Assembly (NCBI GenBank): GCA_040285745.1
Contig: JAUFOR010000001.1
Coordinates: 1-64,000 of the forward strand
Length of the DNA stretch: 64,000 nucleotides
Source: Barthelona sp. PCE
Lineage: Eukaryota
Reading direction: 5' to 3'
The notes under the pieces were generated by a model, which saw only the letters and a program-made list of their open reading frames with translations, had not been told where the DNA came from and searched no databases. Below, in pieces: positions 10,691 through 22,400 of this stretch. The first letter of the stretch is position 1; every line of letters starts with the position of its first letter. The position numbers and the translations under genes were made by a program.

Positions 10691-12310
10691 ATGATTCAGA
10701 TTGTTGCTACTACACCTTTTGAGGGACAAAAACCAGGCACAAGCGGTCTTCGCAAGAAAACAGCAGTTTTCATGCAAGATCATTATGTGGAGAACTTTAT
10801 TCAGTCTCTGTTCGACTCTCTGGACCCAGAAAGTTACTCTGGAACTGTAATTCTTTCAGGTGATGGAAGATATTATTCCGAAGAGTGCGTTGCTAGGGTT
10901 ATTGCAGTTGGTTTCGCTAATGGTGTCAAACGTTTTCTTGTTGGTGAGGATTGCCTGCTTTCCACACCTGCCGTCTCTTACATGATACGCTCTATTGAGG
11001 ATTGTAAGCTGGGTATCCTTCTTACAGCCAGTCACAATCCTGGAGGACCCGAAAATGATTTCGGTATCAAGTTTAACCCTGAGAACGGCGGTCCCGCCGC
11101 TTCTATCTTGACAGACAGTGTTTATGAAAAGACAAAAACAATCACCGAGTACAAGAAGATTGATCTGTTTGAATATGATCTTTCAACAGTCGGTGTATAC
11201 GGAACAGATGATCATATCCTCGAAGTTACGTCCAACACACTGATGTATGTGGAGTATATGAAGACTCTCTTTGACTTTGGCCTTCTCCGTCAGCGCATCG
11301 CGAGTGGCATGAATTTTTTATTCGATGCTATGCACGGTGTGACCGGCCCTTATGCTGTAGAGATCTTCCATAAGGAATTGGGTCTTCCAATGGAGTACCT
11401 CCTTCGCTGCAACCCGCTTCCAGACTTTGGTGGATGTCACCCAGACCCGAACAAGACTTATGCTGCCGATCTCGTCGAAATGATGGAGTCTGAATCAGCC
11501 CCTGTTCTTGGTTTCGCAAGTGATGGTGATGGTGACCGTAACATGGTTCTGGGTAAGAAGTTCTTCGTCTCACCTGGTGATAGTGCTGCTGTTATTGTTG
11601 CCAAGTCCGCCCTTATCCCACAATTTCAAGCTAAACCACTGGCCGGTGTTGCTCGCAGTATGCCAACCTCAGCAGCAGTTGATGCTGTTGCAGAGAAACT
11701 CGATATCCCATCATACTTTGTTCCCACCGGTTGGAAATATTTCGTCAACCTTATGGAATCAGGCAAGATCGATTTTTGTTGTGAAGAGTCCTTCGGTACA
11801 TCATCATCACATGTACGTGAGAAGGACGGTATCTGGGCTGTCATGTGTTGGTTAACAATCATTGCCAACGATCCCGAGGCAAGTGTTGAGGAAGTTATGA
11901 TTAAGCACTGGCGCGAGTTCGGTCGTAACGTTTTTACACGTTACGACTATGAACATGTTGAATCGGAGAAGGCCAACGACTTCATCACCAGGCTGCGTTC
12001 CTTCATTGGCAGGGAAAATGAAGGTTTTGTTATTGAAGAATACCGCTATGTGGACCAAATCGATGGTTCTGTTGCTGAGAAGCAGGGGATCATCATCAGA
12101 ACTTCAGAATTCAGAATTGTATTCCGTCTTTCGGGTACGGGTTCAAGCGGTGCTACTATCAGAATGTACATTGAGCGTATCCTATCAAACACTAATGCTA
12201 TGTTAGCTGATCCTACTGCTGAGCTCCTCAAGCCTGCTATTGAATTCGCACTCGATGTCACTGAATTGCACCAGTATACCCCTCACCCATATCCCACTGT
12301 TATCACCTAA
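10691..12310 (+). CDS. PGM: Phosphoglucomutase
   Basis: GQKPGTSGLRKK, TASHNP phosphoserine loop, DGDGDR metal loop, EESFG, RLSGTGSSGATIR; first ATG at 10691. Confidence 0.97.
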   Translation: MIQIVATTPFEGQKPGTSGLRKKTAVFMQDHYVENFIQSLFDSLDPESYSGTVILSGDGRYYSEECVARVIAVGFANGVKRFLVGEDCLLSTPAVSYMIRSIEDCKLGILLTASHNPGGPENDFGIKFNPENGGPAASILTDSVYEKTKTITEYKKIDLFEYDLSTVGVYGTDDHILEVTSNTLMYVEYMKTLFDFGLLRQRIASGMNFLFDAMHGVTGPYAVEIFHKELGLPMEYLLRCNPLPDFGGCHPDPNKTYAADLVEMMESESAPVLGFASDGDGDRNMVLGKKFFVSPGDSAAVIVAKSALIPQFQAKPLAGVARSMPTSAAVDAVAEKLDIPSYFVPTGWKYFVNLMESGKIDFCCEESFGTSSSHVREKDGIWAVMCWLTIIANDPEASVEEVMIKHWREFGRNVFTRYDYEHVESEKANDFITRLRSFIGRENEGFVIEEYRYVDQIDGSVAEKQGIIIRTSEFRIVFRLSGTGSSGATIRMYIERILSNTNAMLADPTAELLKPAIEFALDVTELHQYTPHPYPTVIT

Positions 12311-12339
12311 ATAAAGGTCTGTGTTAACTATTTATTCAA

Positions 12340-14684
12340 TTACAAATCATCAGCATGGGGGTTAACTTCCTCCTCTTCTTCAATCTCATCAATGTCGAAC
12401 TCATCAAGATCAAGGTCATCTTCATCAGCGTCTTCAGACTCCATCTCATTGAGAGCGGCTTCCTGTTCGGCCTTGATGTTCTCCTTGATGCTATCAACAT
12501 CAACAGTCTCGTCCTCAACATTGAGAGACAAGGAAAGAACGGTGTTAATACGCTGAGCAAGGGATTGATGATCCTCAATGTCGTATCCACTGGCAAGCAT
12601 TGCACTATCGTAAAGAAGATGAGCGATATCAGTCAGGGATTCTTTCTCCTCTTCGATTTCAATGTCAGCACCGTTATAGCGCTTTTCGAAACCCTTAACA
12701 ATTGGATGGTTAGGGTTAAGAAGAAGAATGCGACGGGTGTCAAAGGTCTCTTGGAAGTTGGGGTCGAGCTGGCGCTGTTGCTTAATGAGACGTTCCATGT
12801 TAGCGGAAGGTGATGTGTCGGCATGACTAAGGGCAGATGGAGAGCTGACGAGGTTCTCAGAGAACTCAACCTTTGAAACGGGAAGAAGTTCTTCAACAAA
12901 CTTGACGAATTCAGAGTCGCCACTTGATGTGAAACTAGCACTTTCTGAAGCAGCAGAGATAATCTCGACATCATCAAATGTACGTAAGTTTTGAAGAGCG
13001 GCTTCATCAAGAGGATCAAGGAGATACAAAACCTCGAATCCACGGGTGACAAGACCCTCAACATAAGGAAGACGCTCGGCCATTTCAACAGACTCGGAAG
13101 TTACATAGTAAATGGAATCCTGGTTGGGGGCCATGCGCTCAATGTAGTCAGCCAAAGAAGTCTTCTCTTCACTGTTGCTGGAGTGGAAACGAAGCAGCTT
13201 AGAGATCTTGGTACGGGACTTGGCATCCTCAATCATTCCAATCTTGAGGAACTTTCCAAACTTCTCAAGGAAGCGATCGAACTTCTCCTCCTCCTTCTTG
13301 GCCATCTTGCTGAACATGTTGAGAGATTTGGATGTAAGCTTACGAGTGATGGACTTAATGACACGACCCTGAATCATTTCACGGTTAACATTAAGAGGGA
13401 GATCGTCACTATCGACTACACCACGTAAGAAATTGAGCCACTTGGGGAGGAGAGCCTCAGTGTCTGAGATCAAGACCTTCTTAACGTAGAGTCTGATCTT
13501 GCTCTTCTCGAACTCGTCAATCAAGTTTGAAGCGTGCTCATCAGGAACATAAAGAAGTGAAGAGAACTCGTACTCACCCTCGACCTTGAAGTGGGTCTTA
13601 CCGAGATAAGATCCTTCATCAGAACCTCCAAATGAGCGATAGAAGCGGAGATACTCCTCCTCCTCAACAGTCTTAGGGTCTCTGGTCCAGATGGCAGGCT
13701 GGGGATTAACTCTCTTCCAATACCATTCAGTCTCGGTAACGGTCTCAGGCTTCTTCTCTTCAGCTTCTTCAGTTTCTTCTTCAACTTCAACCTCTTCAGC
13801 TTCAACCTCAACCTCAACCTCTCTGGAGGTCCAGACCTTGATGGGGAACTGGATGAACTCAGAATAGTGGTTGGCAAGATCAAACAATCTGTCAGCATCG
13901 AGGAACTCATGTGCATCATCCTTCAGGTGAAGGACAATACGTGAACCTCTGGTGATGTCATCACTTTCATCCCTAGCAATTGTGAACTCGTCCTCAGCAG
14001 TAGACTGCCAGACGTATTGCTCATCATCCATATTCTTTGAGTGAACGTCAACAAGATCAGCGACGAGGAAGACGGAATAAAAACCAACACCGAACTGACC
14101 AATGGCTGAGAGATCGCCGTTCTCGGCAAAGTTATCCATAAAGGCTTGAGTTCCGGAGTGAGCAATGGTACCGAGGTTATCCTTGAGACCTTCACGAGAC
14201 ATACCAACTCCAGTATCTTCAATAACAATAGTCTTGGCTTCAGGGTCGGCCTTGATTCTGATTTCAAACTCAGGCTCAACTTCAAGCATCTCTCTGTTCT
14301 CAACTGATAAGAAACGAGCACGTTCCAAAGCATCAGCTGCGTTAGAAACAACTTCTCTTAAGAAAATCTCACGGTTGCTATAAAGGCTTCTAACAAGGAT
14401 CTCAAGCAATCTGTGAGTGTTAGACTGGAATTCGAACTTATCACCATTAATAACTTGCTCAGGACTGAAGGATGGTCCTTCGGGGACTTCCTCCGTGTCA
14501 AAAGCTTCGGACTCAAATGTATCTTCACAGATAACAACTAAATATTAGATAACTACAAGGATTGTGAACATAAAAAGTTGATATCCATAAATTGTATAAC
14601 AACCGCAAAATGAGTGTTCACAAAATCGAGCATACATGAAAATAATAACACCAACAATAAGGCTAAGGTGTAAATGCGCTTCAT
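12340..14684 (-). CDS. HSP90B1: ER Hsp90 (GRP94/endoplasmin), ~748 aa, 2 exons (14684-14636, 14537-12340)
   Basis: YSNREIFLREVVSNA, IGQFGVGFYS, LPLNVNRE; C-terminal ADDL ER-retention-like signal. Exon 1 encodes signal peptide MKRIYTLALLLVLLFS and splices in frame. Confidence 0.93.
14538..14635 (-). other. Spliceosomal intron, 98 nt
   Basis: GTATGC...ATCTAATATTTAG; removal joins the signal peptide exon to the Hsp90 frame. Confidence 0.88.
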
Positions 14685-14974
14685 TCTTATGATATTGAAA
14701 AAAAAAACGATAACACATTTTGGCTCAAAAATCAAAGAATAGCGGTGTCTAAATTGCGCGAATAAGTGTAATATGGTTGATTTTTGCTACAAAAAGGGAA
14801 GCTGACAATATAACCATTTCAGAAATAGCTTATTGAAGTGATTTAGTGTTTTGGCGTTTTGTATATGGTATTTATCTGGTATATTGAGCCACATCAATGG
14901 TGTTACATAGAATGGAAATTTTGTTTCACCTTCTCATCTATTTTCTTTTCACTTTTTTTAACTGCAACGCTAAA

Positions 14975-16240
14975 ATGAGGATGGACAATCATAAGGGGCA
15001 GTCTGAGATGTCGCTTATTGATGTCACAAAGACAAATTTACAGCTTTTGGGGTTTACTGAAGCACAAAAGGTCACTTCAAAGAATACAAGTGATCAGATG
15101 GACATATTCTACTTTTTGCTGTCCAAGTGTTTATCCTCAGCAAAGTTTAAAAGAAAAATGAGACTATGCTGGCCTGCTACAAATGCTTCGCAGAAGGAGC
15201 AGTTTCGATCTGTTATTGTGAGTGTGTATGGTTCGATGGTTGAACGAGAGTTCTGTGATGCGAATATAATTGACCAAAAAATGATGAGGAACATTCACGG
15301 AAAGAAGTTGTACGATATTTTCTTTCTTTTATCGTGTTATGCATTAGAGCTGAGGACAAAATCCGGCCTGTCATTTAAAAAACCAGATAATGGATTGTGT
15401 GTATTTAGTCAGCATGTTTTTAAAGCCAAAGCAAAATTATCTGTAGGAGAGCTTAAGAAAAAGCTCAGCATTCATTCTTTATTCAGCAAAAACATGTCAA
15501 GACACACAGATAAGATCAATGAAACACTTAATATCATTGCATCGACACAACGTGACTATCAGGAATCGATGAGGGAAATTCCTTACAACACTGTTCGAAT
15601 GGGAAAGCAGTGTGACCTGGAACTATCAGAACAGGGAATCACCGAGTTACACAAGGCTCTTGATGTCCATGGTGTGTATTCGTCGTATGATGATTTGTTG
15701 CTAAAGGAAGATCCAATTGAGGCTATGACACGTGGCCTGGCTGTCTTAAAGAAGGCTCAAACAGGGATCACAGACGATAGACTCTCTAAATTTGGAATAA
15801 TGGTCAATAATATGAGGATACAGTCGACAGAACCCCTAACATTAACAAAGATCATGAGCATACTGCCATCATCTTCACATCAATCACCGATTCTAAAACA
15901 CAAGTCACACATATTAACACAGAATAAGGCACACAGAACCGATAGTATAAGGCAGATTTCTGGTCTATCAGCGTTTTCTCCCAAAATTCCAAAGATGGAG
16001 ATATCACCAATTGGTCATAGGACACCAATTTCGAAAAGAGAACCATCAATCATTCAAGAAGACTTTCCAAAAAAGCAGCTTTTTGATGACACTTCATCAT
16101 ATACACCATCGGAAGTTAGGAGCCCGTATCACTCAAAAAGTCAGCGGTTGATTGAGGAATCACAGGCTCTGATGGCGAGAATAGGAGCAAAATTTGTTGG
16201 AGCAAAGGAAGCAACCGACACTGAATATGTGGAACTTTAG
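14975..16240 (+). CDS. HAUS6/augmin subunit 6-like protein
   Basis: N-terminus NLQLLGF...IFYFLL...CWP...QFR...GKKLYDIFFLLS resembles the HAUS6 N-terminal domain. The start is uncertain (14897, 14975 or later). Confidence 0.65.
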   Translation: MRMDNHKGQSEMSLIDVTKTNLQLLGFTEAQKVTSKNTSDQMDIFYFLLSKCLSSAKFKRKMRLCWPATNASQKEQFRSVIVSVYGSMVEREFCDANIIDQKMMRNIHGKKLYDIFFLLSCYALELRTKSGLSFKKPDNGLCVFSQHVFKAKAKLSVGELKKKLSIHSLFSKNMSRHTDKINETLNIIASTQRDYQESMREIPYNTVRMGKQCDLELSEQGITELHKALDVHGVYSSYDDLLLKEDPIEAMTRGLAVLKKAQTGITDDRLSKFGIMVNNMRIQSTEPLTLTKIMSILPSSSHQSPILKHKSHILTQNKAHRTDSIRQISGLSAFSPKIPKMEISPIGHRTPISKREPSIIQEDFPKKQLFDDTSSYTPSEVRSPYHSKSQRLIEESQALMARIGAKFVGAKEATDTEYVEL

Positions 16241-16296
16241 TTTATTATATTTTTCAGTGAGAATGCGGGTATATTAATGTGTAAATGACAAACTAA

Positions 16297-17163
16297 TTAA
16301 TGGTGACGTTTTGTCATTGTGATGTCAAGATCAGACTCAGAAGTAAAAAGTTCATAGCACATCTTGTGTAACTTCTTCAATTGATTCTGGAGGACAACAA
16401 AATTTGGCTGCTCGATAAACTTGACATTCTTTGCGAATGATCCTGATGGTAGATAATTGCTCGTTGCAATCAGTGCTGTACGGTCACTCAAAGAATCTCC
16501 AACGTTGATAAGATTCACCGGTATTGGGTAGTACTCCGCTGTTTTCTCCAACGCTTTCGATGGTGTGAGTGTTTTGGGAATCGGTGGCGGAGGAGATCTA
16601 TACTCGCCCTTGAACACGTGATCGTTCAGTATCCGGTTCATTGCCAGGACTTTCCAGTAGATTGGCGTGTTTGGGAATGCCTGTTCGTGATCTGAGCGAG
16701 CAGATATTATGGGAATTTGGTGTTTGGTTATTAATGAGTAGAATAGAGGTAAAAATTGTTCTGAACAAAGTTGTACCCAGTTATTGCGAGAGTTTGTAAG
16801 AATAAAAACATATGTGTTATCTTTTGCAAGGAAAAACTCAAAAAGCTCAACACAAAGCTGATCAATTTGAGCTAAATCATGATGGAATGATGGTGGCATC
16901 CGCTCGGATGGATTGTTGGGACCCAAATTGTTCCTTAAAAGAAGGGTGCTTGGAGCGATAGTATCATCAAAATCAGCAATGAAAACATTTATCTTTTGCA
17001 TCTCTCTAGATGCTTTGAACGGCTGTGTGGAGATAATTTGAGGTTCAGAGTTGTTCAATGATTTGGATGAACTGTTAACACTCGAACTTTCATGAAAACC
17101 TTTTCGAGATGTTTCAGCAATGCAATTAAGCGCATAAGCTGAAGGATCGAACATAAATGACAT
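16297..17163 (-). CDS. HAD-superfamily hydrolase-like protein
   Basis: Motif I FIADFDDT, motif II ILTNS, motif IV VGDSLSD. Start at MSFMFD (17163) is inferred; the frame is open to 17283. Confidence 0.75.
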   Translation of the reverse strand: MSFMFDPSAYALNCIAETSRKGFHESSSVNSSSKSLNNSEPQIISTQPFKASREMQKINVFIADFDDTIAPSTLLLRNNLGPNNPSERMPPSFHHDLAQIDQLCVELFEFFLAKDNTYVFILTNSRNNWVQLCSEQFLPLFYSLITKHQIPIISARSDHEQAFPNTPIYWKVLAMNRILNDHVFKGEYRSPPPPIPKTLTPSKALEKTAEYYPIPVNLINVGDSLSDRTALIATSNYLPSGSFAKNVKFIEQPNFVVLQNQLKKLHKMCYELFTSESDLDITMTKRHH

Positions 17164-17486
17164 GGTTTGTGGTAAATAAGAATAAGAAAAAGGATATGTT
17201 GCACAAAACAAGAACAATTTGGGAACCTTAACCATTATCACTGAAGCATGTGCTTTCTTGATGATGGTCCACACTATTATCACTGATATTTGGGTTTAAT
17301 AACTCTAAATACATTCATATTTATGTAGTTAGGAAACTTGTAAAGCAGCTCAGATACGACTCTTATTATTGTCTAAATGTGTTCTAAACATATTTTATAC
17401 CCCATATTTGAAAAAGAAACTCAGAATTGTAGAATTAATTGCTGTATTTCAATTTTTTTCTTTTTTTTTTCAGAGAGCTTTTTTAT

Positions 17487-19487
17487 ATGCCTAGAACGGT
17501 TACAAATATAAACATAAATGGGAATGTAGTGTATGAAGCAATTGATAAAGGGTTTAGGATGCAAAAGGTCTTCAGAAATCCACTCTTTATGAGTGAATTT
17601 GATATTGAAAGTGATTTTTCGTGTTATTTAGAGACATCAAACAGTTCTACAATTGCAAATTTACCATTTAAACCGTACAATTTGCAAAAGTGCAATTTTA
17701 CTGAAAATGATTGTTATTATTCTTACTCTTATGGCCAAAATCGTTGTTTTTTTGGGGTTAATTCTAATGGGCAACTTTTTGTAGATGAAATCTGTTCACA
17801 AGTAATCTTTGAGGATTATGATGATTTTGCACAACTTTTTTTCTTGACAAGGACCATTGCTATCCTTTACAAAGGCAATTTCATACACATATTAAACGTT
17901 AAAGATGATGACATAGTGTATAAGTATACTCAAAAGATTAATTTTAATGAAATCAAAGTTTTAGGCCATTACTTAGTGGCAAGAATTGGAGTTTCTATTC
18001 ACTATATGCGTCTATCTTTGGATGATATCACAGCTGGTATTCTGCCACAACCCGCACCTGCATTCATACTGGGGTCCAGGATCATGTACTGTCATATCTT
18101 AGATGTTGTCATCAGTAAGAAGGTGTCCAGAAGAAATATTGAAAGCCTGGATATGATTTACATAGATGAAGATGGTGAACTGGCGGTTTATAGAATGGTT
18201 GAGCGTTTCCCACAGCTAGGGAAATTATCGTGTCATATTTCCCACATTGAACCCGTTTTATTATCGCATGAGCGGCAGGAATTCATATTTTTGGCTTCGG
18301 TACGTGCCCAGAAGCATATGTATGTGGTTACAGAACATTCTTTAAAGTGTTTTATTGTTCACATGCCTGCGAATTTTTTCTTTCTGTCACACCCTTTTTC
18401 GCTAGAATTCAATTTTCTTTCTGAAATGAATGTATATGTTGAAAATGACGTGTCTTTGTGCTACGTGGGAAGGTTTTTCCATATTTCGGATTTGATACTT
18501 TTTGACCAAAATATTCCAGGGTCACACTTCTTTACAGGAACATCAGGCATGTGTTTCAACACATTGTACTATATGTACGGCTTCAATTTTGACCATAATG
18601 TGGTTTTTTTTCATTCCAGAGATTTTAAAGACTATGAAAAATTTCACAATGTGTTTGAGCCATTGTCAACTCATAATTTGTACTTAAACAGGGTCAATTC
18701 ATTTGGCAAAGCATTATGGTGTTATATTTTTGATTTCAATGAATTTGACTATTCGACTAATGCACTTGCAACACAATCAATCAAGTTAAAAGCATGTTGT
18801 GAAATTTGTTTTGTATCAAGGTGTTACATTATTTATGCAAATTGTGGATTCAACAACGGTGACTGTGTTTATGATATTTTCACATTTAATTTGAAAACCG
18901 GAGAAACTACACCAATGTTTCTGTTGGAGTCTCCCAATTCGATAAAAGTACATTTTTTTGATGGAACAAATATCGTATACTATTTAGAAGATACTCATCA
19001 TCGCAGATGGTGTAATGGAGAGTGGGAAGAAGTTTGTAGTGTAACTGGACGTAATTTTATCAACCCTTTTGCATTTAATATAATAATTAAGGAATATGGT
19101 TGTATTTATAATCGTGATAATCCGGAACAACAATGTAGTTTACCAAAGCCCGATGCTTTTATTGGGTTCTTATCAAGCAATTTGTTTCTCTTCAGAAAAG
19201 GCATTTATTCTTTAAATATTTCAGAATCGTATGATTTGGAGTGTTTGGTTGACTTCAGTGAACTCAATATATGTGTTTCAAAACGGAAATGTTGTATTGA
19301 AGATGATCATGTAACTATTTCAGAATGGGATCAAAGATCTAGAGTTATAATCAGGCGAAAGTATTACTTTGATTACAACTCTATCGTAAATGAAGAGATT
19401 TTGGACATACCTCTTGTTGATTGGTTCACAAATTGTTCGTTTTGTGAAATCTCAAATTTATACAATGATCATAGGATTGAGCTTTAA
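17487..19487 (+). CDS. Family X protein (paralogue of 66..1919)
   Basis: Starts MPRTV; contains MVERFPQLGK; ends IPLVDWFTNCSF, like other family members. Confidence 0.8.
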   Translation: MPRTVTNININGNVVYEAIDKGFRMQKVFRNPLFMSEFDIESDFSCYLETSNSSTIANLPFKPYNLQKCNFTENDCYYSYSYGQNRCFFGVNSNGQLFVDEICSQVIFEDYDDFAQLFFLTRTIAILYKGNFIHILNVKDDDIVYKYTQKINFNEIKVLGHYLVARIGVSIHYMRLSLDDITAGILPQPAPAFILGSRIMYCHILDVVISKKVSRRNIESLDMIYIDEDGELAVYRMVERFPQLGKLSCHISHIEPVLLSHERQEFIFLASVRAQKHMYVVTEHSLKCFIVHMPANFFFLSHPFSLEFNFLSEMNVYVENDVSLCYVGRFFHISDLILFDQNIPGSHFFTGTSGMCFNTLYYMYGFNFDHNVVFFHSRDFKDYEKFHNVFEPLSTHNLYLNRVNSFGKALWCYIFDFNEFDYSTNALATQSIKLKACCEICFVSRCYIIYANCGFNNGDCVYDIFTFNLKTGETTPMFLLESPNSIKVHFFDGTNIVYYLEDTHHRRWCNGEWEEVCSVTGRNFINPFAFNIIIKEYGCIYNRDNPEQQCSLPKPDAFIGFLSSNLFLFRKGIYSLNISESYDLECLVDFSELNICVSKRKCCIEDDHVTISEWDQRSRVIIRRKYYFDYNSIVNEEILDIPLVDWFTNCSFCEISNLYNDHRIEL

Positions 19488-19490
19488 TCA

Positions 19491-22400
19491 TTAACTGATT
19501 GTTTCCAATGAACTCAGTTGAAGATTTAGCATGTCTTGGAATTTCTCTAATTGCTCCAAATCAATGCTGTCAAAGTTATCAAGATCAGTTTTATCAATCT
19601 CACTTTTGGTTGCATTGTATATGGTTTCAATTAGTGCATTACGTTTTTGTTTCGAAAAACTGGAAAATTGTGATGTCTTACCATAATTTTCACTCCATAC
19701 ACTGGCCTTACTTGTCAAAGACTTTGGTAAGTTAGCTAACGAGGCAACTTGAATGCCAAAACTTTCCGAACATCCACCTGGCTGCAGCTTATACAAAAAC
19801 TTAACACCCTTTGAAGTAACAACAACCGCCATATGAAATAAACAAATCTCCTTGGCAATAGCATTGCCTGCATGAGCCCCCATTAAAATTTCATGAACTA
19901 AGGAGTGATAGTGCGTGGAAAAAACACTCCTACATTTCAAATTAACAATATATTCAAGAATACTGTACGCTAAAGCATAACCATCAGCAACTGAAGTGCC
20001 ACGGCCACATTCATCAAGAATTACAAGTGAATGACTGGTAGCATCCGTCATAACTGTCATAATCTCCTTGAGTTCAACCATGAACGTTGATGAGTTGGAA
20101 GATATAGAATCATGGGCGCCTGTTCGAGAGAAAATTCGGTCACAAGGTGTCATCGTCAGTGACTGACAGTCAACGAAACAACCCACCTGAGCCAAAAGGA
20201 CATTGACACATACGCTCTTGGACAACACTGATTTTCCAGATAAATTGGGGCTAGATAAGACCATTGTAAGTGCAGAATCTCCGCCTAATAAAACATCATT
20301 AGGAACGAAATCTTTGATAGCAGACCTGAACAGCGGGTGTTTGGCATTTCTCATTTCCAAAATTGGACGACTGTGTTGGTTAAACGGGAGGATTGTTGGA
20401 CGAACCAAGTCATTTGAGAGTGAAATACTCGCAAAAGTATGAATAACATCAATAACAGCAATGTTTGTAACAAGAGCGGAGAAAACATCTGTGAAAACAC
20501 TCATTCCCATTTGCAACTTCTTGATCATCGACTTCTCAAGGACCTCCATTGAAAGTTCAGCAATCTCCAACCTATGAACCATGTCTTTGATTTCAGCGGT
20601 ATGATAACGGCGCTTCGCCTTTGTTTTTGACATCATCATCCAGTCATCAGGCACCTCTTCACCATCATTAACCTCAAGTTGGTACTTTTCCTTATTCAAG
20701 TGCTTATATCTAATATCTAAACCCTGTTCTGCTCGTACTGTATTTAAATATTCATCTAGATCATTTTTGATAGCACTCACAATCGACTCAGCCTCACTGA
20801 ACTCTTCATCAATCTCTTGGACGGTGAAAAAACCTTTCTTTGCATGATCAAACGAGAAAACCTGTTCCAATCGATCAATTACTGCAGTCATATCAACAAC
20901 TTTGGACTCACACTCGAATACTTCACCGTCAACCTCCCAGGGCTGATAATCAAACTCGATTGTGTGCACTGTTAATGCCTGCTTCATCAATGTTGGATAA
21001 TCAGTTGCATTGATCTTCTTCAATTTTGTAAAAAACTTCTGAAGAGATATGAGGATAGTAACAAATTTTTCAACTGTTGCACCGCCTGCATATATACGTG
21101 TGAGTTGGCGCTCAAAGTCAGGGATTCCATCAAGCAATCTGGAGATCTCCTTCATCGCCTCATTGTTGTCAACCAGGAATTGTACACAATCATAGCGTTC
21201 ATTGAGGGAAGTGTGGCTGATGATTGGGTGACTTAACCACAGCTTCAGCAGGCGTTTACCAAAAGCTGTCTTTGTATGACTGAGATAGTGGAATAAACTA
21301 CCACGCTGACTACCGTTATCTGCATTCTGGAATATCTCGAGATTCTTTAACGCGTGGATATCCAGATACATAAACTCCTGAGCGTTCTTCGTGGTGCGAT
21401 ATTGAGTTAATTTCGCAACGCGGAGCACAACTTCAACAATATGCAATTTTTCAAGATACTTGCACAGCGCTACGAAACACGCCTTGCACCTCTCGTCCAT
21501 ATCCAATATTGAATCAACGGCCATGTTACTCATATTACAGTACCCAGTAAGCAACTGGTCACTGGGCTGAACAAAGCAACGCACGTCTTGAGTTAAAACA
21601 ATATCAGGCACACACTCGTTGATAACATCTTTAATTTCAGAACCCATTGACGTGAAGAGAAGTTCAGACGGTGATGTTTGGATGAGAATGGACGACAATT
21701 GATTGAGACTGTGTGAGTCCGCAAAGTGATGTGTGATGAACTCTCCTGTTGATGCTTCAAGCATGCACAGTCCGATGTCGTACGTATCATGTGTTTTGTC
21801 ATGATCATAACAAAAGGTAAGAATGTAGTTGTTGTCGGCTCGTTTTATAAGCGAATCATCAATAATGGTTCCAGGTGATATGATCTCAACAATATCACGC
21901 TTAACAATGAGCAAATCACCGGGAATGGATTTGATTGTCCTCTTCTCACGCTTGGCCTCAGCTTTTAATTCAGCAATACGAAGTTCAGCCTCCTGATTGG
22001 TTTCAATTTGATCAACACGACCAACCGTAATACCTTTGTTTATCAATCGTCCTGCAAACGTAGAGAACGCACCGTGTGGGACACCAGCCATTTTCATACC
22101 ACGAGCACCTGTTACCTTCAAATCGAATAGCTCATTGACACGCAGAGCATCGCCTTCAAAAGTCTCATAAAACTTGCCCTTCAGAAACCATACAATCTTA
22201 TCCATGTGCAACTGTTTAATCTTCCAGTATTGCAGCTCAAAATTTGTCATTTTTTTAAAGGCACTGTCGGGAATATAAATTGTAGCTGGATTGTATTCTG
22301 GATCACCAACATTCTTCCCCTTCAAATCCTTGATATCATCCAACATCCAGTGTCTGTGCTTCTCTGTGAACTTCCCGCTACTCTCATCAACCTCAAGCTC